Assembly (NCBI RefSeq): GCF_000372725.1
Contig: NW_005201318.1
Span: 51,190-86,281, forward strand
Direction: 5' to 3'
From: Emiliania huxleyi CCMP1516
Lineage: Eukaryota
Length of the DNA stretch: 35,092 nucleotides
A model generated the notes under the pieces. The model ran no database searches, had not been told where the DNA came from, and worked only from the letters and a program-made list of their open reading frames with translations. Shown here one piece after another: positions 1-9,968 of the stretch. Made by a program: the position numbers and the translations under genes. Every line of letters starts with the position of its first letter. Position 1 is the first letter of the stretch.

Positions 1-16
1 ACCGCCGGCGCCGCCC

Positions 17-56
<40 letters not shown>

Positions 57-486
57 TACCACCGCCACGGCTGCCGCCACTGCCACCGCCGCCACTGCCA
101 CCGCCACGGCTGCCACCGCCGCCACTGCCACCGCCGCCACTGCCACCACCGCCACTGCCACCGCCACGGCTGCCACCGCCTGCGGAGCGCGGGCTGGCCG
201 CCTCTTGCGTCGCCGCCGCGTCGAGGTCGATGGCGTTGGCGCGCGCCTCGCGGTCCCGCTGCTCGCGGCTGACGGAGCGCGTCACCACTACCTCGTCCTC
301 GTCTGAAGAGCTCAGCTCTACAGTCTCTGGTCGCAGCCTGCCTTCGGGCGTCTGCCGCTCGGCGCCGTTTAGCAGGATCGTGTAATAAATCTCGCCCGGG
401 TCGTCGGTATGGACCTGCTGCACGATGGCTGCAGCGAGGCTGCCCTCACGCACGTACACGACCCGCTCGCCTCGCCTGAACCTGGG
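1..486 (-). CDS. Partial uncharacterised protein: SH3/Tudor-like beta domain, acidic SIM-like motifs and a Gly/Ser-rich tract; runs off the left edge
   Basis: Manual translation of the minus strand from 486 gives PRFRRGERVVYVREGSLAAAIVQQVHTDDPGEIYYTILLNGAERQTPEGRLRPETVELSSSDEDEVVVTR...AIDLD...GGGSGGGGS with no stop before the window edge. Start codon not located; the fold is a guess. Confidence 0.55.
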
Positions 487-762
487 CTGTGCCACCCGAC
501 AAGCGCTGCCGCTGATCGGCCGTGGAGGATCTCCGCCTCCGTCTCTGGCGCGGCGCAGCACGGCGGCGGGAATGGCGGCGCCGCCGCTCTGCACGGCGGC
601 GGCGGCCCGGTTGGGTGCAACCGCCGTCTGTGTGTGTGTACCGGGACGCACGCAGGGGGCGGGCTTCAAGTTTTGGAAAAGAATTTAGTTTTGCGTATCT
701 CCGGTGTCTCGCGTGATGCTAAATCGCCGCGCCGAACTCGACCGAACATTCGCATATGCATC

Positions 763-1103
763 ATGGCGGTGCGTTGCCCGCCCCCGACACACGCGCTTCA
801 CACACGTGCTACGCAGGACCGGGAGCGGGAGCGAGAGGCTGCACGGATCCTCAACCCAGCAGCAACGGCGTACGAAGTGCTGGGTGTTCCGCCGAATGCG
901 ACCCATGAGCAGATAGCGGCCCAGCACAGAGAGCTGCAGAAACGCGCTGGCATCCGGACGAACACAGAAACAGCCACGAGCGGGCAACGCAGATCTTTCA
1001 GAAGATCGAGCAGGCCTGGGACACGCTCCAGGAGCCATCTCGCCGCGCTAAATACGATCAGGCTGCGCCGTCAGGCTGTGAGCCAGGACGCATTCGCTGG
1101 TGA
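763..1103 (+). pseudogene. Small J-domain (DnaJ-like) protein with a 2-nt frameshift
   Basis: From ATG 763 the frame reads ...TAYEVLGVPPNATHEQIAAQHRELQKR. After 2 extra nt (946-947, in cgcgc) it continues WHPDEHRNSHERATQIFQKIEQAWDTLQEPSRRAKYD...W* (TGA 1101-1103), with HPD and the R..YD end typical of J-domains. Confidence 0.8.
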
Positions 1104-1154
1104 GGGCAGCATCGGTGCGACGTTGCGGAGCGGTTTTTTTCTAGAGCACCCACG

Positions 1155-1586
1155 CTTTTCCTCTCTATTTCCCCGGGAAAACTCCGTGGAAATCGTCATT
1201 TTGGGGGGCTCTGAGCCGAGTCTGAGGCTGTTTGGGGGCCAAAATCAGCAAAATCGGAGAGAGAGAGATTCTTCTTCAAAATCGGCAGCATACGGGATTA
1301 CGGGTATTAGAGAGAGAGAGAGGGATTGTTTGTTTTCGGGTATTTTGTTGGGAATACTGGAAAATACCCGGGTAGTTTGCCGATTCATCCTCAACGTTGC
1401 TTCAGATTTTGCCCCAGACAGAGGCTAGAGCCAGACCACGAGCATCCAGCTCTCAGACTCAGGGAAACTCGAGAGACCAAACAGAATGCCGAGCACCAAA
1501 CTCCCTCTGTTTTCCCTGGAAATTTCCGGAAACGCAAAGTCGAAAGTGCTGGGGACCCTGTGTTTTCCTTTTTGTTTGCCGGAAAA
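1155..1586. repeat. Dispersed repeat family C, copy 1 (reverse complement of 17792-18148)
   Basis: Shared blocks such as gtggaaatcgtca, ggggctctgagccgagtctgaggctg, ctctcagactcagggaaactcg and ctgttttccctggaaatttccggaaacgcaaagt. Confidence 0.9.
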
Positions 1587-1606
1587 GTACGTGCAGGCTC
1601 CAACAC

Positions 1607-1633
1607 AGGTAAGGTAAAGGTAAGGTAAGGTAA
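1607..1633 (-). repeat. (GGTAA)n / (TTACC)n microsatellite, possibly a retroposon 3' tail
   Basis: aggtaaggtaaaggtaaggtaaggtaa. Confidence 0.7.
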
Positions 1634-1900
1634 ACGTCTCCACACACACAAAGTGGTGGGGCAAGGGGGGGCGACCCTCGCATCTCCACGCCCGGACACG
1701 GGCAGGAGCCCCACGGCATTCAAAGTGCAAGCACCGGCCCGGTGCCGTGGGTGAGCAACCTGCACGCGCCGCCCACTCCCTCCCTCCCAGACACAACCCG
1801 CACACAACCCCCACAGCGTGGTCGTCTACGTGTTCAGAAACACCAAGCAGCGAGGCGAGGGTGAAGGGGTAAGGGGCTGTGTGGGGCAGAATCTTCATCC

Positions 1901-2152
1901 GGCTATGGAGGCTATGGCAAGCTGGGCCACGGCGACGCGCAGCCCCACCTGCTGCCCAAGAAGGTCGAGGCTTTTGCCGGCCAGTGCGTCGCTGTGTCCG
2001 CTGGATATCACCACAGCCTCGCCCTCACCGCCGACGGCGCCTTCTTTAGCTGGGGCAAGGGCGAGGACGCCTGCCTAGGCCACGGGGACGACCTGAGTGT
2101 CGAACCAGCTGCTGCCCAAGAAGCGGTTGAGGCGTGGGCGCCGGAGCAGTGA
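1901..2152 (+). pseudogene. 5'-truncated RCC1-repeat gene fragment (C-terminal ~1.5 repeats)
   Basis: GYGGYGKLGHGDAQPHLLPKKVEAFAGQCVAVSAGYHHSLALTADGAFFSWGKGEDACLGHGDDL, then frameshifted NQLLPKK...AWAPEQ*. Same C-terminal pattern as the gene at 3698-5304. Confidence 0.85.
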
Positions 2153-2333
2153 TGAGAAGGGCGAACGGGTGCAAGGCTCTGTGTTTCCACGCGTCGCCCA
2201 CGTGCCTATTTGCCACCTGATTCGCCACCTGCGNNNNNNNNNNNNNNNNNNNNNNNNNNNNNNNNNNNNNNNNNNNNNNNNNNNNNNNNNNNNNNNNNNN
2301 NNNNNNNNNNNNNNNNNNNNNNNNNNNNNNNNN

Positions 2334-2804
2334 GTGAGGGGCGGGAGCGCAGCCATTCCAACGGCTGGGAAAATTTCTGAACGGCCGTGCATGCGTCTGC
2401 ATGCCGGACAACTAAGAAGGTCCCTCGCTCCCGCTCCTCTCTCGGAAGACGCGCGCCGGCCTGGGGGACTCGCTTGCGATCCCGTTCCAGCCAGAGGCCG
2501 CGTGAGGCGTGTGGGACGGTGCACGCTGGGGCTCGGCCCCGAGTGCGCTGGCCTCGCGTCTCGAGGGGAGGGCGGCTCGTAACTGAGGTCCGCCTGCGGA
2601 GACAGTCGTCCTCCCCTCAACCCGGCGTGAGGGGCGGGAGCGCAGCCATTCCAGCGGCCGGGAAAGTTTCTGAACGGCCGCGCATGCGCCTGCATGCCGG
2701 CTTACTAAGGAGGTCCCTCGCTCCCGCCCCTCTCCCGGAAGACGCGCGCCGGCCCGGGTGACTCGCTTGCGAGGTAGATCCCGTTCCAGCCAGAGGCCGC
2801 GTGA
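2334..2804. repeat. Diverged tandem repeat with a ~293-bp period, next to an assembly gap; possibly part of a retroelement terminal region extending to ~3260
   Basis: gtgaggggcgggagcgcagccattcc...gatcccgttccagccagaggccgcgtga starts at both 2334 and 2627. Confidence 0.8.
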
Positions 2805-3697
2805 CCACCACAGGGACTGTCTGGCGCGGGAGGGGAGATCTAAGCCGAACTCGCCGGGCACGCCGGCGAGGTGACGGTAGATCACCTCTTGAGGATCACC
2901 TCCGCCAGACGATCCCTCCCGACGGGGACCGGTCTTGGGCCATTCCAACGGCCAGGCCGCTCGCTTAAGGCTGATTGGCTAGACGAGCGGCCTACCTCCA
3001 ACGGGGCGGTCCGGGAACGCGTGGAACCTGCCCACCTCGGTGGGAGGTGGTTTGGCGCCGACGGACCGCCCTCTCCACCACCCTCGCCCAGGGATCTACA
3101 ACGCTGTCTTAAGGTCCGACAGGTTCGGCACCGGGCACCGCCTCGGTATACAAAATGCGCCTGCGGGCGGACCCTCACAGATCACAGATCACTAACAGAG
3201 TAGAAGGATCTGACCTCGGGGCCGATGTGACCAAGAATTGGTAGCGTGGTTTTACCTCACACCCATGGTCTCACAGTGTGCCGGCAGTCGCCGAGCAGTG
3301 TCGCTCACACAAGCCACAGCACAAGTGACTGAGGGCCAGTGAGGGCGAGCCCATCGCTGTCACAGCTGTGGTAGCCGCACAGTAGGCTGTGTCAACTGTG
3401 CAGAGCGTGTGAGCAGCCGAGGAGCTGCTCTCCAGGCTTCAGGCGCAAAGAGCTGCATGCCACCGAAAGCGCTGTCGAGGTTCGCCGAGCGCGGCGCAGG
3501 TTGGAGGACACCGTCACCGACGAGCGCGTTGGAGTATTCACTCCGGACAAAGCCGGCCACACGCACACGAGCTGCGGCCGTGTGGCCGTCATAGTGGCGA
3601 GGCGCGGGACTCTATGTGTGCGGCCCGCGGTGCGCGCATCAGAAATGGCCTTTTTCCCGTGCTCAACACACTATAAGAATATCGCGAGCAAACCCTC

Positions 3698-5304
3698 TCA
3701 CTGCCCCAGCCCCCTCTCCCCGAATCGCTCGATCTTCTTGGGCAGCAGCTGGTGCGACAGGTCCTCTCCGTGGCCCCAAGGCAGCCGCGTTCGCCCAGAC
3801 CCCAAGCATAAACACCGCCGTCGGCGGCGATGGCGAAGCTATTGTATTCCGCAGCCGACACAGCGACGACGCGCTGCCCAGCGAAGGCTTCGACCTGCTT
3901 GGGCAGCAGCTGGTTCTGCTGGTCGCCGTGGCCCAGCTGGCCAGAGGCTCCATAGCCCAGCTCCAGACGGCGCCGTCGGCGGTGATGGCGATGCTGTGGC
4001 GATCTCCCGCCGACACAGCGACGACGCGCCGGCCAGCAAAGGTCTCGACCTTCTTGGGCAGCAGCTGGTTCTGCGTGTCGCCGTGGCCCAACCTGCCAGA
4101 GACTCCATCGCCCCAGCTCAAGACAGCGCCATCGGCGGTGATGGCGAGGCTGTGGATGCCTCCAGCCGCAACAGCGACGACGCGCCGCCCAGCAAAGGCC
4201 TCGACCCTTTTGGGCAGCAGCTGGCGCTGCTGGTCGCCGTGGCCCAGCCGGCCAGCGCCTCCAAGGCCCCAGCTCCAAGCGGCGCCATCGGCCGTGGTGG
4301 CGAGGCTATGGCGGGCTCCAGCCGACACAGCGACGACGCGCTGCCCAGCGAAGGCCTCGACCTGCTTGGGCAGCAGCTGGTCCTGCTGGTCGCCGTGGCC
4401 CAGCCGGCCGTAGTCTCCATCGCCCCAGCTCCAGGCGCTGCCGTCAGCAGTGATGGCGATGCTGTGGTACAGCCCAACCGACACAGCGACGACGCGCCGG
4501 CCAGCAAAGGTCTCGATCTTCTTGGGCAGCAGCTGGTCCTGCTCGTCGCCGTGGCCCAACTGGCCAGAGAATCCACCGCCCCAGCTCCACACAGATCCGT
4601 CGGCGGTGAGGGCGAGGCTGTGGTATGCTCCAGCCGCCACGCTCACGGCGCGCTCGTCACCCAGCATTGACGGGAGGCGGGTCGGCGTGTTGAGCTGCGT
4701 CACGCCCTCGCCGTGGCCGAGAAGGCCTGGAAATTCCTCGTCGTCGTCATCCTCCTCCTCCTCGCCCTCCCTTGCCGCTGACCCGCACGACGAGAGCCGC
4801 CCCTCGCCGTCGATGAAGACGCTGTGCCGTTCGCCTGCTGACACCCTCGCCGGCGCGTTGGACTCGCGCAGCAGCGCCGAACAGCACAGCCACCGCACGG
4901 CGCAGCCCTCGCCCTCTGGCTGCGCCGGCAGCTCGAAGCCGCGCTCTTGCGCCCACAAGCGGATGCCCTCCTCCGCAAGCGAGGCGTGGAAGAGTAGCGA
5001 GACGGCCGCGACGCGAGCGATGTCGGCGGGGTCGCAGCGGGAGAGGGCGCGCTCGAGGAGCTCCCTGGGAAGGTCGAGCAGGCGGGCGGGCGGCGGCGTG
5101 TCTGGCGAGGGAGCGGCGGTGGGGGCGGAGGCGAGGCGGCGCGAGCGGCGGCGCGGCGGCTGGCGAGTAGAGGCCCCGCCCACCCAGGGTACCCCTCTCG
5201 AGGGACCCATTGGGTTCTTTCGAGGGCTCGCCGGGGCTCTGCTCCAAGAGACCTCGAGAGAGCGTGCGTGTGCCTCTACTCGCCAGGCGCGGCGGGGTGG
5301 ACAT
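3698..5304 (-). CDS. F-box-like + RCC1-repeat protein. Proposed start ATG 5304 with intron 5283-5160; two apparent frameshifts near the 3' end (~3957, ~3775), so a pseudogene or sequencing errors
   Basis: LLDLPRELLERALSRCDPADIARVAAVS is F-box-like. It is followed by repeated VSAG.HS.A.TADG.VWSWG.G..G.LGHGD...QLLPK.VE.F units. Correcting indels in two G-runs gives ...CLGHGEDLSHQLLPKKIERFGERGLGQ* ending at 3698. Confidence 0.85.
5160..5286. mobile_element. 127-bp MITE with 15-bp perfect TIRs and 9-bp TSD; candidate introner
   Basis: TIRs ctggcgagtagaggc (5160-5174) and gcctctactcgccag (5272-5286). Flanking direct repeat gcgcggcgg at 5151-5159 and 5287-5295. Confidence 0.85.
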
Positions 5305-5437
5305 CGCGAAGAAAAGAATTTTACGCTGGCCTCGAGGACTGGGCACGGGACGCACGCACGCACGCTTATCTGTGACTACTCCATCTAGCCTGGGGGGGCG
5401 CAGGAGGGCTCAGGAGGGGCAGAAGGGGTAAGATGTG

Positions 5438-5629
5438 CAGTCGCGCTCCCAAATACGTGCATCACTTTGTGACGGTGTTACAACTTTGAGGGCGCCCAGT
5501 TGATTGCGCCTACTTTCATGAGCGTCGACATGGTAGTTATCGAGATATGGTTGATCAAAAAAGTTGTAACACCGTCACAAAAGTGATATGCACACAGCAC
5601 ACGAGACACGAATATTGGGAGCGCGACTC
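5438..5629. mobile_element. ~190-bp MITE with Tc1/mariner-like ends
   Basis: Outer IR agtcgcgctcccaa / ttgggagcgcgact and inner IR tttgtgacggtgttacaacttt / aaagttgtaacaccgtcacaaa. Ends tg|cagtc and gactc|ta each differ by one base from TA|CAGTC...GACTG|TA. Confidence 0.75.
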
Positions 5630-5786
5630 TATCGTATGCGGGGTGAGGCCAGCTAGTCGACACAGGTAACCTGGTCCTTGGATCGTGGATGCTGGAACCT
5701 GCCCAACTCAAAAGTTTTCTCTCTTTAACGAAGGACATAAATTTCTCAGTTAAAATACGAGCTCGAACCGCGAGACGGGGGGGGCG

Positions 5787-7572
5787 TCACCCCTCGCCGC
5801 ACGACGAATCACGGCACCACGGCTCGAGCACGGCGGCGATGAGCAGCCACGTCTGATAGGCGACGGGAAGGAAGAGGTTGTCGATCTGGTCGGTGGCCGC
5901 CTCGAGCAGACAGGCGACCGCAGTGCCGCCGGCAAGGGCGGCCCACGTGCGTGCATCGGCCGGCGCGCCGTCCGGGCTGCTCACGTGCAGCAGCAGCAGC
6001 AGCGCCAGCAGGGTCGAGCCGGCCGCGGCCGCGGAGCCCTCGAGCGTCTTGCGGCTGCGCGGCCAGCGCGTGCGCCCGAAGCGCACGCCGACGAGGGAGG
6101 CCATCGCGTCGCCGACCCCGAGGACGAGCACGCCGGCGAGCGGCGCGCCGCGGACGGCGGCGGCGGCGAGGGGCGCGCGAGAGGCCGGCGGCGGGGGGGG
6201 CAGCGCGCTCTGCAGCCAGACCGGGAGGGCGCAGCCCGCGAGGAGGTAGATGTGGGTGAGTACGAGGGTGCCCGCGTCGCGGCTGTCGATGAAGGCGGCG
6301 AGGAAGGCGGCGAGCGGGCGCGCGAGCGGCGGCAGCGCGCCGACGCGCACGAGCTCGAGGAGGGCAAAGGCGGGCACCACCGCGGCGAGAGCGAGCGCGA
6401 GGAGGCTCGGCGCGAGCACTATGGCGGGGCAAAACAGAGCCACCGCGAGCAGGTGGAAGATCTTGCGCGCCAGCAGCAGCCGCGCGCGCCGCGCCCGGCG
6501 GCGGCTCGCCTCGGGCCCAGGCGACGGCTCGGGCTCGAGCGGCTGCGGCGGCGGCGACGCCGCCGCCGACGCCGCCGACGCCGCCGATGCAGACGACGCC
6601 GCCGACGCAGACGACGCCGCCGACGCAGACGCAGACGCCGCCGCGAGCGTGCTCTCCGCCTCTGCGAACGCCTCCGCCTCGGCCTCTGCCTCGGCGTCCC
6701 GCCTGGCATCCTCCGGCGAGAGCGGCGGTGGCGCGACGCACGCGGCGGCGACGCAGCCGATCGGCGTGGCGGCGGCCCAGTAGGCGACGAGGGCCGGCCG
6801 GCCAGGCCCGGTGAGGGACGAGAGGAGCCACCGGAGCGGGGCGGCACCGACGAGCGCCTCGAGCCACGGCAGCAGCACGCCGCCTAGGGCGAGGGCGATG
6901 CCGCNNNNNNNNNNNNNNNNNNNNNNNNNNNNNNNNNNNNNNNNNNNNNNNNNNNNNNNNNNNNNNNNNNNNNNNNNNNNNNNNNNNNNNNNNNNNNNNN
7001 NNNNGCGCGGCCGCCTCGCCAAGCGTGAAGGACCGGCGCACCATCGCGGTCGACCAGGCGAGGGCGGCCACGTGAGTGAGGAGCGATACGAGCGTGATGC
7101 CGGGGTCGGCGCCCTCGGGGGCGGCCACGGCCAGCGTCAGCAGCGGCGGCAGCGCGGAGAGCAGCGGCGCGCTCCACCACGGGAGGGACGCCGCCAGCGG
7201 TTGCAGCAGCAGCACGAGCGGCGGCTGGACTGCACAGCCGAGCAGCGCCCAGAGGTGCGCCCGGAGGAGCGGTGCCGCCGGCGTGGCCGCACGTACGTTT
7301 GCGAGCGCCATCGCGCACAGCAGCAGCGACGGGGAGCAGCAGCCCAGCGCCAGGCCCATCGAGGGTGCGCGCCGAAGCGAGCAGCATCCGAGGCGGCGCA
7401 CGATGGCGGGTGCTGGGAGGTGGAGGCCGACGGCGGCCGCGCCCAGGCACACGAGCGGAAGCGCCGCCGCCTCGGCCGTCCAGCCAATGGCGTGCAGCGG
7501 GACGGCGAGCAGCACCGACGCGAGGACGACCAGTGAGGCCTCCACCGCAGAGGCCACCAATCCCGTCGTCAT
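5787..7572 (-). CDS. DOLK: Dolichol kinase (CTP-dependent, SEC59/DOLK family); spans the N-gap 6905-7004
   Basis: Multi-TM protein with family motifs RKIFHLL, DSRDAGTLVLTHIYLLAGCALPVWL, GVLVLGVGDAMASLVG..FGRTRWP.S.KTLEGS and DQIDNLFLP. Hydrophobic N-terminal half starts at MTTGLV (ATG 7572). Confidence 0.9.
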
Positions 7573-7761
7573 GCCTGAAAGAGGACGTCCGCGTTGGGGG
7601 TTGGGGAGGGGGGAAGGGGTTGTGTGGGTCTGTAGATGCCTGGCTGGCCGCGGTGAGACGCATGAGGCTGTGAAAGGCGCCTGTGAGGCAGACCGCTGGA
7701 AATAGTCGGACAGCTGAGAGCAGGCCACAGTCTACTTTCCGCGAAATGGAAGGAAGGAGAG

Positions 7762-7935
7762 AGAGAGAGAGAGAGCTTTTAGAAAACCAACAAGAAATCA
7801 CGACTCTCACAGTGATTTGGGCTCGGCAGCTTGTCAGCCCGCAGCCGAAGCTGGGGCCGGTCCCGTAGCCGAGAGAGCCCGCGCCGATGAGTTCGACGCG
7901 GTCGGGGGGGCCTGCGGAGAGGCCAGCGAGATGGC
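7762..7935 (-). repeat. Dispersed repeat family A1, copy 1 (reverse complement of 33328-33497), ending in a (TC)n tail
   Basis: Near-identical gccatctcgctggcctctccgcaggcc...aagctgccgagcccaaatcactgtgagagtcgtgatttcttgtt.gttttctaaaa.ctctctctc in both copies. Confidence 0.9.
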
Positions 7936-8725
7936 CTCGAGCCGGGGTCGTCCTCCCGATGGGGGACTACGTAGCGCACTAGCCGTCTTCCACACGGACA
8001 TGGTCCCTCGGGAGGGGTCCCTGGACCCTGCTGCTCCGAATCTCTTCGTACACATCCTCCTGCTGATCTCCGCAAAGTCCTGCTCCCTCCCTCGTCTCGC
8101 CCTGCGCGTCTGCTCTCCGCCTCCCCGTCGTCTGCTCTGCGTCGCCTGGCGACGGGTCCTCCATAGCGCTTAGCGGTTCTAACACAGGTACACAAAAAAG
8201 AAACTTGGTTTTTGTTGCGTTATGGAAACAGGGCAGCAAGGAAAATCCACGCCGAGCGATTTCCGCGAAAATTGGTTTCCGCGGCCCGAGGGCGCAAGTC
8301 GTGCTTTTGAAAAAGGCGAAATAGCGATTGCGGTGAAGGACCGCAGGTTAGGGATCAACATCACGATCAGTAAGGTGGTGCAGACAGCGGATGGCCGAGC
8401 GTCCGGTAGGCCGAACAACGCTCTGTCCTACCTGGGGACCGCCGAGTTGCCGGCAATATCGCCCAGCCGGCGCGTGCGGCTGGAGTTGATCACCTTCGCC
8501 TCTTGCGACTGCCGCAGTGCCAGCTCTGTATGCGTTACTACACGCCGTTCGGCCGGAGCGTCCTGGGCGGGCAGACGCCCGCCCCCGCCCGGCGGCCGAC
8601 TCTGGGATAGTAAGGTCGAGTCTTGGTGGCACGGAGACGGTCACGAGACGGGACGGACGGAACCTCCGGACTCCAGGACGACGCCACGGGACTCTAGGAG
8701 AGAGAGAGTGTGTGAAGGGAGTCTG

Positions 8726-9016
8726 GGCCAGTCGCAGCCGTGAGGCATGCCATAGCAGCAGAGGCACCTCACGTACGGCTCGAGTCGAGTAACCGTAACT
8801 CGCTTTGTCAATCTTTTCGGACCTTTGATGTGAGTCAGGTCGGAGTCGTCGGCGGAGTCGTCGACATCGTGGTCGACGGGGTGTGCGAACCGATAGCGCA
8901 GTGGCGTGTGTCGGCGAGCGAGCCGAAGGCGCGCGAGAGAGAGAAATCCCTCGTCGGAATGGTCGACAGGCCAGTCGCAGCCGTGAGGCATGCCACAGCT
9001 GCAGCAGAGGCACCTC
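8726..9016 (+). repeat. Pair of ~45-bp direct repeats (8726-8770, 8969-9016)
   Basis: ggccagtcgcagccgtgaggcatgcca...gcagcagaggcacctc occurs twice. Confidence 0.85.
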
Positions 9017-9111
9017 CCACCCATTGGGCGGGCACACAGAAGGCCAGGGCAGCACTGGCAAGTGCAACGCGCCTCATGTCGGAGAGCGACCGTGCCTCGC
9101 TCGCCGCTTAT

Positions 9112-9300
9112 GATGTAGAGTTTGTTGTAGAGATTTCACGTTGTAGGGAGCGCCTCTACATCGGTCATCGCTCTACCAACGCAGGCAGTTCGTCATGCGG
9201 CGGATGTAGAGCTCTACAGCTCTACAGCGCTCCAGAGCGCTCTACAGCTCTACAGCTCTACAGCGCTCTACACTCTACATCCTCTACACCCTCCCTCAGG
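9112..9300. repeat. CTCTACA/TGTAGAG motif cluster; probable end of a TIR transposon
   Basis: tgtagag copies at the left and many ctctaca copies at the right, ending ctctacatcctctacaccctccctcagg. Confidence 0.65.
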
Positions 9301-9711
9301 GCGCCACCCTGCTGGGGCTACCCGTAAACTAACTGTAGTGAGCGTCGGGCTGGTGGTTCGACACCGAGATTAGTATTGTTGGCTCAGAGAGGGGGGAGAG
9401 GCACGGCCTGCGTAAAAAAGACACTTTTGTGTCGACGAGTATAACTCCTCGCCACTTGCTCCAATGATATCAAACCCTGTATGATTCTGAAAGGTCTCGA
9501 TGAGAGCTTCACCCCGAGCATAGGTTTCATGGTAGTACGAGCACGCAGTCCCGAGATATGGCCTCGAACGCACAAAAAAGACGCAGACCGTAAAAAAGAC
9601 ACGACGTTCGTATAGGTCTCTAGAAGCTCGCACTTCTTTTCTTTTATCCACACCTGCAGGCGACCCTGCCGAACAGCAGCTGCTTTTTCGACCCTGGCCC
9701 TGAGGCGCCGG

Positions 9712-9880
9712 ACCCATCGGCGCCAACGCTTCCCACGCATCCAACGCCGGGTCGTACCGCTCGACTGAGCTGAAGTAGTCACCGTTGTACCCGCCCACAG
9801 CATACAGGTTGCCGTCGAGCACCGCCACAGAGTGAGAGTCCCCCGCCTCCGCCATCGGCGCCACAGCCTCCCACGCCGTG
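9712..9880 (-). pseudogene. Isolated Kelch-repeat fragment
   Basis: AWEAVAPMAEAGDSHSVAVLDGNLYAVGGYNGDYFSSVERYDPALDAWEALAPM is one canonical Kelch blade (GG, Y, W). The flanks are unrelated. Confidence 0.8.
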
Positions 9881-9968
9881 CCTCTATCCTCATCCACCTA
9901 TTCCGGACACAGGCCTCTCGCCGCCCTACAACCCAGGTTGCTTTGCCGCCGCCACTCCCTCGACGTTC

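Noticed and set aside
409..1428. 339-aa ORF as a single gene
   Set aside because: It is a chimera of the antisense of the left-hand gene, the first half of the J-domain and repeat family C.
1607..1633. (GGTAA)n as a telomeric repeat
   Set aside because: Only ~5 units, interstitial, and not the TTAGGG type.
3240..3255. tggtagcg as a tRNA-Met primer-binding site of an LTR element
   Set aside because: Short match, not directly after a CA-ended LTR, and no second LTR or gag/pol is visible.
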